64,000 nucleotides of DNA from Candidatus Omnitrophota bacterium (GCA_047639455.1 JBLINS010000002.1:226-64225), one strand, 5' to 3'. Counted from the first letter of the stretch, positions 1 to 10,159 are shown. The notes: generated by a model from the letters alone, not told the origin. Made by a program: numbers and translations.

Positions 1-2
1 TC

Positions 3-3000
3 ATGTCAGAATTAGCTGCTCTGGATTCGGAGGTATTATATTCCTTAGCAAGAACCCAAGATGAGCAATCGCTATGGTTGTTATCCGACAACCTCAAGCT
101 TTTAACCAATCTCATCGACTTCAAATTACAAAGTGAAGACTATACCCAAATCATTTCTAGAAAAGATGTTTTTGACATCACGAAGATTGCCGGGTTTATG
201 AATCAAAAAATACTAGAATTAAAAGATTATCAAGAAAAAGCCCTATTCCTAAAGAATGACTTCAAAGATATTATTAAGTCAGCGCAAAAGTTTTATGAAT
301 TAACTTTAACGAGAGATCAGGCCTTTATTCAAAATGCGATCAAGAAAATAGAGGCAGACGATAATGAAGCGTCAATAATGATAACCGGCGGGTATCATAC
401 CCCCAATTTAAAAAAACAACTCAAGGCCCAGAATATGTCATTCATATCTTTAACGCCTACAGTAACGCATGAGACCAACCGCCCACTTTACGAAGAGCTG
501 CTCCTCAATCAAAGCGTTAGAATCACATCGCCCAATAACGCTAATTCCATGTCATTACTTCCAGTCAGAATGACTAATTCTCCATTATCGTTCTCGACAC
601 TGGCCGGAGAATTAAATGTGGATGTTTTGAGTAGTTTGATTGAGAGTTCGAGAATGGCGGATTATGTGGGTGAGTTTGATGATGGGAAGACCATGAAGGC
701 CGGTACGAGGGCTTATTCTTTTGAGGGGGGCTTGGGCGAGTTAAATAAAGAGTATTGGAATATGTTGAATGAAGAGGATCAGGTTAATATACACATATTA
801 CTTTCGCAGAATGCTGCTAATGAGGAAAATAAACGTTCTTATGTTTATGAATTAATTCATCCGTTTAAGTGGAACCGGATCATGATAACGGAGGTTCAAA
901 TCAAAGGTTTTTATGTGAATCAATCCCAAACACCCGAGAGCCATGCGGGGAGGGGGAATGTTACTGCGAATCTCTTTGGTCCATCAAATCCTGATCCTGA
1001 GGGTGGACTAACACAAAAAGGCGCTGTTAATGAACATAGAATAGCAACTCAATTCTATGCCGATCACAAGCCTCTAAATGGAACTTTCTTAAAAGTGCCT
1101 TTAGGATGGGGCACATTCCCAAATATCAATTATAAAGATCAGCCCTTGGGGTTTGTCATTATGGGTACGCCTAAATTCATGACACGTCGCATGAAAGTAG
1201 AGGACATGATTTTTGGCAAGATATTAGATGGCCTATATCTCAATGGTTTGGGTTTGCGCGACCTACACAATTCAGGTATTGGACATGGATTTTATCATCC
1301 TGGGAATATGTCTTATAATTTGATAGACACTCCCAGCTCAACGGCCGATGTCAATTTGGCTGGCATTCATGATCTTGATAGTGCCTTTTGGCTTGAAGAA
1401 AAAGCGACTCAAAACAAAACCACTGTTGAGCGCATTATTATGGCGGATTTAATATATGCCTTAGTGCAGCTAGTCGATTTATCTGCCGATATAAAACGAA
1501 TGGATGAAAGCGGTTTAATTAATGCCAAAACAATAATAGATGCCTTTTTAGAAGGTTATTTTGCCTACCTTGATGACGACGAACATATAGACGAGGTAGT
1601 TAATAACTCAGCTCGAATTTTTGTAGATTATTATGATTTTCATGTGACTCAAATGAGGATCCTGAAACGTGATTCAGATAAGGTATTAGCATTCTTGCCA
1701 ACCTATCAAAAATTCATTTCTACTCAAACAGATTTACGCCTAATCAATCTCGCCGAAAAAATAATCGGCCTTTATTTGGGCGCCAGACTAAGCGCAAGAA
1801 CACCCAGCACCAATCCCATCTCAGACCAAACCATCAACCAAGCGCCCAATCCTTTTGGAGTTAGGATGGCGGAGGATGAGGACTTGAATTTGTTTGGTCA
1901 AATGGCTAAGTATTATTGGGAAGAACACTTTCCATCTTCTGTGCAATGGCATGTGGCGGGTACATTGGGAGCTTTGGCAGCTATGGATATTGATGAAATA
2001 AGGTCTATGAATATGGAAACCTTCTTGTACAAGCTAGGTGATTCTCTCAAGATAAAAGCCGTGATTTTGGACAAAGACAATAGGCGCCAAATAATGGATG
2101 CTTATGAGGCTAAATTTGGGGTGGCTTTTGAAGATATGGACACCTTGGTCAAAAATATTTACACCGATGTCACTGGGCCCGAAGAACCTAATGCGGCAGC
2201 GCTTTGGCAATTAAAGCATTATGTTCAGGCTATTCGCAGTAATATGCACGACGCCTTGAATAGCACGACTATATCCCTCGATCTCTTCGGTCATATCGAG
2301 ATTATTATGAGCATGCGCAAGTCACCTTATAAAAAAGAGCTCTTAGATTATATGCAAGGAGTGGGGGACATTCTTACTAGTCATTTTGACATACAGCCAG
2401 GGGTGGAGACTTATATTGTTTTTAATCGCGACATGATGATTCAGCAGCATATGTGGCAAAAGTCTATTGGCGTTGTTATGTTTGCTCAGCGCATCGCACA
2501 GAACTTACATGAGTTGGATGATGCTTTTGAATATCATTATCGCTTGTCAGGCCCGGAGGTGATTAAATTAGAGCTATTATTTGCTTTTGCCTTAGGCGGT
2601 CAAGAATTTGTGGAAGAAACCATTCACTTACAAAGACGCTTACACCAAAGACTTCGTCGATCTTATGACGGTAGTAACGAGACGGTGAGTTTGGAAGACG
2701 TTTTTCGATCAGCTCAGAAGGGTGAATTATTAAAGGAATTTGGTATCACGCCTTTTGTGGATGGGCGCGCTATTCAATGGTCCAATTATTGGGCTAAAGT
2801 TCAAGCGGATGATTGGGAATCCTCTCAGCGCGAAGATTGGGGGCGTGTTAAATCGTTGGCTTTAGATGTGATTAGTTCCAAAGAGGATGGCAATCCACTA
2901 CCTACGCTTGTGCTTGGTGGTAGCCGTGATCAATTTGAAGCCCTATCTTTAATGCAATCATTGCCGGATTCATCATTGGCCCATGTCATGCAAGCAAGTC

Positions 3001-6000
3001 GAGCACATGCATTGGCTCCGCAATCGGACTCAGGTAATTCGAATGGTGGCCAAATTACTTATTTAAGAGTTTCGCCAGAATTATTAACACGCCATGATTT
3101 TGAAGAGTCGAGGCCCCGCGTTGCGATTGCTTTTCAATCCATTGAACACACACCCATTGAAGAGGTATTGAGCACGCTATACCATGTGGGTGAGGATGAC
3201 TTAGAAATGCTGTGGGTAGTTGTTCCATGGGATTCAGATAATGCTTTTGAACGTCGCCAAATGATGCAGCACTTGGATGCCGATGTCGCGATAGCCCAGT
3301 TTGGCATTGATTATTTGAAAGGTGACTTAGACGACGTCGACTTTATCCAAGCATTGAATCGAATCCAGCAAGGATTAAATTCGTTTGGATTAGATGATGA
3401 GCGAGCTCAGCGCTTTGAGTCAGACATAGCGTCAATTGAGCTTGATCGCATTGAACAGGAACTCAGCGCATTACAAATTCAATTGTCAGTTTATTTGATT
3501 CCTAAGAGAGATGCTTATAGAGAACGATATAAGCCGATTACTGCTTATTCAGCGAATGCTTTTTCTGATAGGCGGGAAATACGAAAATCGTTTAGAAAGT
3601 TTGGCTTCGATGTCTCAAAAATTGAGCGTATTCAAAACGGCGACGATTCTAGTCTATTTATTGTACGAGCCAAAAAAGGCGCGGAACATAACCGTCTTTT
3701 GTATGAGGGTGATGTAGTCCAATCAGAACCGCTGACTGTACCTGACTATGCAAAACTTGTTAAGCTGCCCTCGTTTCAAATAGCAGCCCAGACTAGCCCT
3801 CCAACACTGGGGGAAAGTTCTCCTGATCCAGTTCAAGATCTTCCGCAAAAGCTTAGACGGGTGAAGTCCTTGACTATTAAAAAAGCTGATCCAATCTTAA
3901 GTGCGGACGAAGAAAGGGCTTTGCGAGGTGTGTGGCCTAATGTATTTGACGTTAACGTCAAAAATTCCAAATTAATTCAATTGTCTCAATTGGGGTTTGA
4001 GGTTTTTGTTGGAGGCAAGATTGAATTAATGAAAATGTTTTCGTCAAACTTACATAAGAATAAAATTTTTAAACAGATCAATCGTGCTGATGTGAATCGC
4101 TTAGAAAATGCGATACAAAACGTAATTGATAATTTAAGACAACATAGAGGGGACGTACCTAGAGGTCTAGAGCGAGGGCTGATTGGAGTGCGTATTGTGA
4201 ATAAAGAAGGTACCCCGTATTTACAATTCGTTTATTTGGATAATGGGCCAGGATTTGTTAATAAGGATAGCCGATCGAGAGTCCCGATATCCATAGCAGT
4301 TATTCAAGGTGAGCCTGGAGACTCACTTGGTGGCAAGGGTACAGGATTTTTGGGAGTCGGAACAACAGTCGTTGTGGGCGCAGCCGATAATATAACTTAC
4401 CGCGAGTACCACAAGAGTGAATCTTTAGAAAGCTATGAAGGATTCGAATGGAGTAAGCGCACTCAATCGGATGATGTTGTCAAAATATTTCATGATGCTG
4501 AATTACCTGTTCAAAAGAGTTTCTCAGGCGTCCAAATAATTTGGGAGGTTCAGTCTCGATTTGTTGATGGTGTGGAGCTTGAAGTTGAGGTTGATAGCGG
4601 ATCAGTTGAAGTGGCCGAGAAAAGAGTTGAAGAATTGACTGGTGGTGCAGCAGAAGCTAGCCTTCTTTCGGAAACACCCTCGCAACGTCAATCTCGACAT
4701 CAAAGATTTCGAGATAGCTTAATAAGAATGGAGATTGCTCCAGCTAAAGCTGCATTAATTGTAAATTTTATTGAGAGTGAATATATTTCGCACTTTCCTT
4801 GGTCGGTCCCATTAAAATCAATCGATTCTTTTCTGGAGCAATATATTCTCAAATTCTATTCAAATAGTTTAAGCACCTTCGTTGATGATCTGGGAGAAGT
4901 GGAGCTTCGCGAATATATTGAATCTGAAGTTGAGAAAAGTGTTTATGGAGAGGACGAGTCGGGTGACTCAATGGCTGCAAGGACGGCTGCGCCGCGTGAG
5001 GCCGAGGGCGAGAATCGGCAAGTTGTGGAGAGGGCATTGGATAGCGTGAGAAACTTGGAAGGTGTGGAAGTCATTGTCGGTGGTGTGAAGGGGGATATTG
5101 CAAGTGGGGATAAAGATGTTTTGGATATAGTCGATGAGCGTGGCTACGTTATAGAGCCTTCTCAGAAGGCAATGCAAAAGGAAGTCCATGCTCAAGGTCT
5201 TTGGCATCGTGTGGCGCATGTATATGTATTTACTCCGGACGGTCGATTGATTTTGCAAAGAAGATCTTTAGCCAAGCCTTTGTCTCCAGGCAAATTGCAA
5301 GTGTCCGCAAGTGGACGCGTGAATGCCGGAGAGTCTGCATTGGACGCTGTCCTCCGCGAAACTGAGGAAGAATTAGGCATTAACTTCTGGCCTGAAGAAT
5401 TGATTCGCATAGGCAAAGAAAATGGACTTAGACGATCGTATGATATTTCTGGTGGGGGTGCGAATAATGAATTCATCACAAGTTACGCAGTTAAACTGTC
5501 GAGTTCAGCCCAAGTAGATCAAATATCCAAAAAGTATAATTTATTAGAAACCCAAGATCTCTGGATTCTGCCTTGGGATACATTTGTGTCGACTGTAAAA
5601 AATGACAAAGACAAATCCATTTTTTCTAATAGCCTTCACGGACTTATTCACAACCCAGAATTATTGCAACAATTAACCGAGAGCCAATCGGACATGGATT
5701 CGACGAGCGGAGGGAGCTCTTTAGATGAAGATCGTGATGTTGGTGGGGTGCGGATGAGTCGGGAGGTTGAGCCGGATAGATTTTTATATCCTATGGCAGG
5801 AACATTATTTATGCAGCCAAGAGATTCAAAACGTGTGGATAAAAATTCATATGATGGTCAGTTTAGGAATGTGGGGCTAAACTTATTAGCAAACTCCGCG
5901 AATCCTATTTCAGGGTTAATTGATCAAGAGATAAAAACTAAAGGTCATATTATTGTGGCCGATATTGGAGCAGGCCGTCAATTGGCGCTAATGGAAGCCA

Positions 6001-7697
6001 AACAAGAATTTGGAGACCAGATCACGACAGTGGCAGTGGACGTGGAGAATCATTTAGAAAGGTTGCAGCCTGATTATATAAGCAATGTCGGCAAGAGGTT
6101 GGGCGTAGAATTGGACGAAACCCATCGCCCTGATTTTATACTTGCACCTTCGCGATCTGTTAAATTCAATGAACCACCAGACATCATTCTCGCTATACGG
6201 TCACTGCCATATGAAGAGGATCCGATGCTTGGATTTGAGAATCTATATAATCAATTAGCGGTTGATGGCACGTTCGTTGCCAGGTATTACCCTGATTTGC
6301 TCAAAAATTTTGATCCTTCAGGAAAAAGCAATTTTGATGAGCCTGATTGGCTATTTAAAGCGTTAACAGAATTAAAATCTAAAGGATTAATTGCCGGGGA
6401 ATTTAGAGCAGGCTTTGTTTTTATTAAAAAAATGTCAGCTAAACAAATCCGTATTAATTTGGAACGCGATGAAACGCGTATTAAAGTTCACCGAACCCAG
6501 CACAATAGCCTTGTTCGTGGAGATTATAAAATCACAGATGGCCATGAAGAGCTGGTGACTATCATTGATGATTCTAATCCACCAGGCGATGCTCCTAAAG
6601 GTGAGGCTAGGATGGCCAATCGAATTACGTCATTTTTAGATGACGAACTTGTCACGCAACATTTTGTAGATAGTTTAAAAGACTATAGTAATGCGGGCTC
6701 CGGGGATGAATTGCCAATATTCTTATATGGACTTTATTTGCAGCGGAATAAGTTCGACGGTAGGCATACGCTGCCATTAGGCTCAAGTCTCATAACACCT
6801 AAGGCGCTTCGTGATGAAAACGGAGAAATTACTTTATATTTAATGCCGGTGGGCACGCCGCTTGATCTTAGCCCGGAAGAAACCATGCTTAGCTCCATAT
6901 TCTTTGTCAAACTTAATGATGCTAGAGACCTTGTCCAAAGCTACCAGCATGATACAAAAGTTTTAGAGCAGAAATATGTACAAGGGAGTGCCGTGGCATA
7001 TCAATTAGAGCTTCGTTCAGCCCGACGAGATTTTGTTAATGATAAGCTTGGGTCAAAGGTATTTTCTTCTAAACGAACTGTGCCTAAAGCCGTTCATATT
7101 TTGGAATCCGCTTATAGTGCTGATATGGATGCCTTAGACATAGAGCAGCAACTGGATTTATTAATCCCTACATTGAAGCATATACATCAAGCGGCTCCTG
7201 AAGTGACTTTTTATTTGGACAAACGTTTTGCCCAACGCAGTTCAAGGGTTGAATACCTATTGAATAAATATAAAGTGAATGATTTTATTCACATTGGTGA
7301 CCCAATTGAATTAGCCGTGATCACGCTTGGTTCACTAGAAGCGGGTATTGGTATTCATATCGACATCAACCCAATTGAGGCTGATGAAATTCCTATGGGT
7401 TTGGCGAGCGCTCTATACCAAGGTATTGTTGAGGCAACTGCCTTAGTTGATATAGGCACACAAAAAATCGATTTTGATATAGTCGATGAAGCGGTTATTA
7501 GCGAATTAAGGCGCAGGCGCAATCAATACCTTAAAGATTCTATAGACGATAATATAACTTATTTACGTATATTAAGCGGCACGGCTCCCAAATCGTTGCG
7601 TCAAAAATTCCTATGGAGTATTGCTCAACAAATCCCCATTGAATTCATCATCCAGGCCGCGCAACGCACCATTAAATATGTGCAGAGATCTACTTAG
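3..7697 (+). CDS. Giant modular protein 1 (5'-truncated by window edge): end of shared N-terminal domain, then kinase-like, unknown/methyltransferase-like, HATPase_c, Nudix/IDI-like and class I SAM methyltransferase cargo domains, then a C-terminal domain
   Basis: Open frame of 2564 aa. RDQAFIQN...ITGGYHT...SFISLTP..T.ETN...YE.LLL aligns with the 33.7 kb giant ORF. Cargo motifs: HGFYHPGN/DLD, DNGPGF...GKGTG, Nudix box GRVNAGESALDAVLRETEEELGI, VADIGAG. Confidence 0.9.
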   Translation: MSELAALDSEVLYSLARTQDEQSLWLLSDNLKLLTNLIDFKLQSEDYTQIISRKDVFDITKIAGFMNQKILELKDYQEKALFLKNDFKDIIKSAQKFYELTLTRDQAFIQNAIKKIEADDNEASIMITGGYHTPNLKKQLKAQNMSFISLTPTVTHETNRPLYEELLLNQSVRITSPNNANSMSLLPVRMTNSPLSFSTLAGELNVDVLSSLIESSRMADYVGEFDDGKTMKAGTRAYSFEGGLGELNKEYWNMLNEEDQVNIHILLSQNAANEENKRSYVYELIHPFKWNRIMITEVQIKGFYVNQSQTPESHAGRGNVTANLFGPSNPDPEGGLTQKGAVNEHRIATQFYADHKPLNGTFLKVPLGWGTFPNINYKDQPLGFVIMGTPKFMTRRMKVEDMIFGKILDGLYLNGLGLRDLHNSGIGHGFYHPGNMSYNLIDTPSSTADVNLAGIHDLDSAFWLEEKATQNKTTVERIIMADLIYALVQLVDLSADIKRMDESGLINAKTIIDAFLEGYFAYLDDDEHIDEVVNNSARIFVDYYDFHVTQMRILKRDSDKVLAFLPTYQKFISTQTDLRLINLAEKIIGLYLGARLSARTPSTNPISDQTINQAPNPFGVRMAEDEDLNLFGQMAKYYWEEHFPSSVQWHVAGTLGALAAMDIDEIRSMNMETFLYKLGDSLKIKAVILDKDNRRQIMDAYEAKFGVAFEDMDTLVKNIYTDVTGPEEPNAAALWQLKHYVQAIRSNMHDALNSTTISLDLFGHIEIIMSMRKSPYKKELLDYMQGVGDILTSHFDIQPGVETYIVFNRDMMIQQHMWQKSIGVVMFAQRIAQNLHELDDAFEYHYRLSGPEVIKLELLFAFALGGQEFVEETIHLQRRLHQRLRRSYDGSNETVSLEDVFRSAQKGELLKEFGITPFVDGRAIQWSNYWAKVQADDWESSQREDWGRVKSLALDVISSKEDGNPLPTLVLGGSRDQFEALSLMQSLPDSSLAHVMQASRAHALAPQSDSGNSNGGQITYLRVSPELLTRHDFEESRPRVAIAFQSIEHTPIEEVLSTLYHVGEDDLEMLWVVVPWDSDNAFERRQMMQHLDADVAIAQFGIDYLKGDLDDVDFIQALNRIQQGLNSFGLDDERAQRFESDIASIELDRIEQELSALQIQLSVYLIPKRDAYRERYKPITAYSANAFSDRREIRKSFRKFGFDVSKIERIQNGDDSSLFIVRAKKGAEHNRLLYEGDVVQSEPLTVPDYAKLVKLPSFQIAAQTSPPTLGESSPDPVQDLPQKLRRVKSLTIKKADPILSADEERALRGVWPNVFDVNVKNSKLIQLSQLGFEVFVGGKIELMKMFSSNLHKNKIFKQINRADVNRLENAIQNVIDNLRQHRGDVPRGLERGLIGVRIVNKEGTPYLQFVYLDNGPGFVNKDSRSRVPISIAVIQGEPGDSLGGKGTGFLGVGTTVVVGAADNITYREYHKSESLESYEGFEWSKRTQSDDVVKIFHDAELPVQKSFSGVQIIWEVQSRFVDGVELEVEVDSGSVEVAEKRVEELTGGAAEASLLSETPSQRQSRHQRFRDSLIRMEIAPAKAALIVNFIESEYISHFPWSVPLKSIDSFLEQYILKFYSNSLSTFVDDLGEVELREYIESEVEKSVYGEDESGDSMAARTAAPREAEGENRQVVERALDSVRNLEGVEVIVGGVKGDIASGDKDVLDIVDERGYVIEPSQKAMQKEVHAQGLWHRVAHVYVFTPDGRLILQRRSLAKPLSPGKLQVSASGRVNAGESALDAVLRETEEELGINFWPEELIRIGKENGLRRSYDISGGGANNEFITSYAVKLSSSAQVDQISKKYNLLETQDLWILPWDTFVSTVKNDKDKSIFSNSLHGLIHNPELLQQLTESQSDMDSTSGGSSLDEDRDVGGVRMSREVEPDRFLYPMAGTLFMQPRDSKRVDKNSYDGQFRNVGLNLLANSANPISGLIDQEIKTKGHIIVADIGAGRQLALMEAKQEFGDQITTVAVDVENHLERLQPDYISNVGKRLGVELDETHRPDFILAPSRSVKFNEPPDIILAIRSLPYEEDPMLGFENLYNQLAVDGTFVARYYPDLLKNFDPSGKSNFDEPDWLFKALTELKSKGLIAGEFRAGFVFIKKMSAKQIRINLERDETRIKVHRTQHNSLVRGDYKITDGHEELVTIIDDSNPPGDAPKGEARMANRITSFLDDELVTQHFVDSLKDYSNAGSGDELPIFLYGLYLQRNKFDGRHTLPLGSSLITPKALRDENGEITLYLMPVGTPLDLSPEETMLSSIFFVKLNDARDLVQSYQHDTKVLEQKYVQGSAVAYQLELRSARRDFVNDKLGSKVFSSKRTVPKAVHILESAYSADMDALDIEQQLDLLIPTLKHIHQAAPEVTFYLDKRFAQRSSRVEYLLNKYKVNDFIHIGDPIELAVITLGSLEAGIGIHIDINPIEADEIPMGLASALYQGIVEATALVDIGTQKIDFDIVDEAVISELRRRRNQYLKDSIDDNITYLRILSGTAPKSLRQKFLWSIAQQIPIEFIIQAAQRTIKYVQRST

Positions 7698-7976
7698 CCC
7701 TTAAGACTTAGTTTTTTTTGTTTTGGATAGCAAAATAAATACAAGTTCCGACCAGGGGGCAAAGAATCACAAATATCATCCATATGCACTTGGCCAATAA
7801 GTTCAATTTGGACTTGCCGATATATACTAGGGTGACCAAATCAATGATTATTATTAGGATTTCGAAAATTCGGAACATGAGATTTATTTGGGCTCTAATT
7901 GTCTAGATTTAGCTTGTTGTTTGCCAGTCGCGAGTTGTAGTATATCATTCTAAAGCAAGTTATACAGGGGATAAAT

Positions 7977-8240
7977 ATGAGCCAATCACATTCAAGAAGC
8001 GATAAACGTCATTTGAATCAAGTCATAGAAAAGAAAGCTACTCAAAAGCTGAATGCCATCCTTGCGGGGGCCATGGCTATTTTTGGTGCATTGATATGTT
8101 TAGTTATAGGTATTAGCCAAGGCTTTTCTATATACATTGCGCTCATAACCATTGTATTCGTTTTGGGCGGTATTTATTTAATGTATCGTGGATTTAAAAT
8201 CATAACCAAAGAAATAAAGGCCTTAAAAAATGAATCATAG
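7977..8240 (+). CDS. Small membrane protein (2 TM)
   Basis: 87 aa, two hydrophobic segments, AGGGG RBS upstream. Confidence 0.7.
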   Translation: MSQSHSRSDKRHLNQVIEKKATQKLNAILAGAMAIFGALICLVIGISQGFSIYIALITIVFVLGGIYLMYRGFKIITKEIKALKNES

Positions 8241-8505
8241 TCAATATAGCCTAATCGTCATAGCCGTCCTTGTTTGCTCTATTTACGGGTCAAGTACAGT
8301 GCATGCCGCCGTTGTTAGCGATGAACGCACTAGTCTCATTTCTTCGGTTGTGGATATAGCTAAAGGTGCCAGTGATATTACAAAAGACGCCGTTAATTCT
8401 GCGTTTGGGCCAACGGGTAAATACCTAAATGACAGCACAACTATTAAAGATGAGTCTCTTCAGACTCGCCAAGCTCAAGTAAACAAGTCGACGACAACTT
8501 CTTGA
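8230..8505 (+). CDS. Hypothetical exported protein
   Basis: Signal-peptide-like N-terminus ending VHA; overlaps the upstream stop. Confidence 0.65.
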   Translation: MNHSQYSLIVIAVLVCSIYGSSTVHAAVVSDERTSLISSVVDIAKGASDITKDAVNSAFGPTGKYLNDSTTIKDESLQTRQAQVNKSTTTS

Positions 8506-8512
8506 TGAGTGT

Positions 8513-8833
8513 ATGAAAAAAATATTGGCCTTGAGCCTGGCCTTAGCATCATTCACGATAATGACTCCCCAGGTTTGGTCAGCGGATCAAGTCGACTCTG
8601 CCGCCATAGGTTATCAATTGGGCTATAGTCAAGGTCAAGTTGAGCAAGTAGAGGGTATAGAGTCTCAAGACCCTAAAATCATACTAGACTCACCTATGTT
8701 TCAAGGAGGCTATCAACTTTTTGCAAATGAATATGGTCTCAATGATTCAGAATTTAGAGAGTCGTATACAAAAGGTTTTCACGCCGGTTATGCCGCTCAA
8801 GTTGACGCGAGTATTCCGCTGACCAATAATTAG
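8513..8833 (+). CDS. Hypothetical exported protein
   Basis: MKK + hydrophobic core + VWS signal peptide; GYxxGY-like motifs. Confidence 0.7.
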   Translation: MKKILALSLALASFTIMTPQVWSADQVDSAAIGYQLGYSQGQVEQVEGIESQDPKIILDSPMFQGGYQLFANEYGLNDSEFRESYTKGFHAGYAAQVDASIPLTNN

Positions 8834-8843
8834 GGCCCCGTAA

Positions 8844-9029
8844 ATGAATAGCAGGTACATTTCTACCCCGATCTTCAGCCCATCTTTGTCCGGTCTTCAA
8901 TCGCTATTTCCTCAACGTACAATGGGTACGGCTCGAAAATTGTTCAATCAGATCGAACAAATTTGGACTAAATCTGAGCGCATAAATATACCGGTTATTC
9001 ATTTACGAACCCTCACAAAACATGTCTAA
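8844..9029 (+). CDS. Small hypothetical protein
   Basis: 61-aa ORF filling the gap within an apparent operon; no motif. Confidence 0.35.
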   Translation: MNSRYISTPIFSPSLSGLQSLFPQRTMGTARKLFNQIEQIWTKSERINIPVIHLRTLTKHV

Positions 9030-9714
9030 AAAATTAATAGCCTTCTCCACACTTATAATTAGCCTGCTTATTGGATTGGCATTGTTATTTGCATTCCACT
9101 ATAAAGAACAGTTGAGCGGGGGTGTAGAAAAACATTGGATTCAGGCATCAGCCAAAATGGGCATGGTGATTCTTGACGATAAGGGTTTATTGGCAACAGA
9201 TATATCCAAATTATTTTTATTCCAATTTGGTCAAGACAAGCGCGTTCATCGATTGGCGCGTGGTGTTATAGAGGGGCAACTGTATTATTGTTTTGATTTC
9301 ACGTCATCCAAACGCAAGTGGGGTAGCGCTACTTATCCGCAAAGTGCGACCGTGATAGCCTTTCCGCTTAAAGATGTGAATTTGCCTTTTTTTTGGCTCA
9401 AATATGGCGCTCGCAGGACATGGTATCGCAATATCTCCTTTAATGATTACCCTGCTTTTTCTGATAATTTTATTGTTTCAGGCCCTAATGAAAAGTCCAT
9501 TAAAGCTTTGTTTAATTCACATTTGAGGCGTTTATTCATCGATTTAACTAAGAGTAAATCGATGCGTAGCTTATCATTAGATAATATGCGCATGGACGGT
9601 GGTAAGGAATGGCTAATTGTTTATTCAGCCGATAAATACCTCCAATCACATGAATTGGCGCCCTGGATTAAGAGGGCCAGCCACATCAAAAAACAGCTTT
9701 TACGCTCAATTTGA
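9022..9714 (+). CDS. Membrane-anchored hypothetical protein
   Basis: N-terminal TM; ISFNDYPAFSDNFIVSG motif typical of DUF3137-like proteins. Confidence 0.7.
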   Translation: MSKKLIAFSTLIISLLIGLALLFAFHYKEQLSGGVEKHWIQASAKMGMVILDDKGLLATDISKLFLFQFGQDKRVHRLARGVIEGQLYYCFDFTSSKRKWGSATYPQSATVIAFPLKDVNLPFFWLKYGARRTWYRNISFNDYPAFSDNFIVSGPNEKSIKALFNSHLRRLFIDLTKSKSMRSLSLDNMRMDGGKEWLIVYSADKYLQSHELAPWIKRASHIKKQLLRSI

Positions 9715-9811
9715 ACCCTTTCCGACTAAGTGCTTAAAATTTGTTAAATTATTATATTTTTGTTAATATATATCTATTGAATTAACAGTGAATAACAGGT
9801 AAATTTAACTT

Positions 9812-10114
9812 ATGCACAACTATTTAATTAAGAAATTCACATTGGGCTTTATGGCACTAATAATCGCTTTGACATTATTAGTCCATGGGCCATTAAATGC
9901 TGAGGAATTAGAAGATAGTGCCGAAGTAGGTAATTCTCAATTCATCGTACAAACGGTAACGCCTCCAAATCAGGCCCTAGTGTCTATACCCATGACATCC
10001 CAAGGCGCAGTCTTTACGAGCCAAGCTAATAGGCCAGATAAGGCTTATTGGTTAGATTATTACCACCAACTCCTCGCTGACTCCCAAAAACAAGACCAAA
10101 CCACCGCAGAGTAA
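9812..10114 (+). CDS. Hypothetical exported protein
   Basis: Signal peptide ending LNA. Confidence 0.6.
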   Translation: MHNYLIKKFTLGFMALIIALTLLVHGPLNAEELEDSAEVGNSQFIVQTVTPPNQALVSIPMTSQGAVFTSQANRPDKAYWLDYYHQLLADSQKQDQTTAE

Positions 10115-10159
10115 TTCCTAATATCTCAAGATTAGAGTTCCATCTGTGGAGGCATGCGC

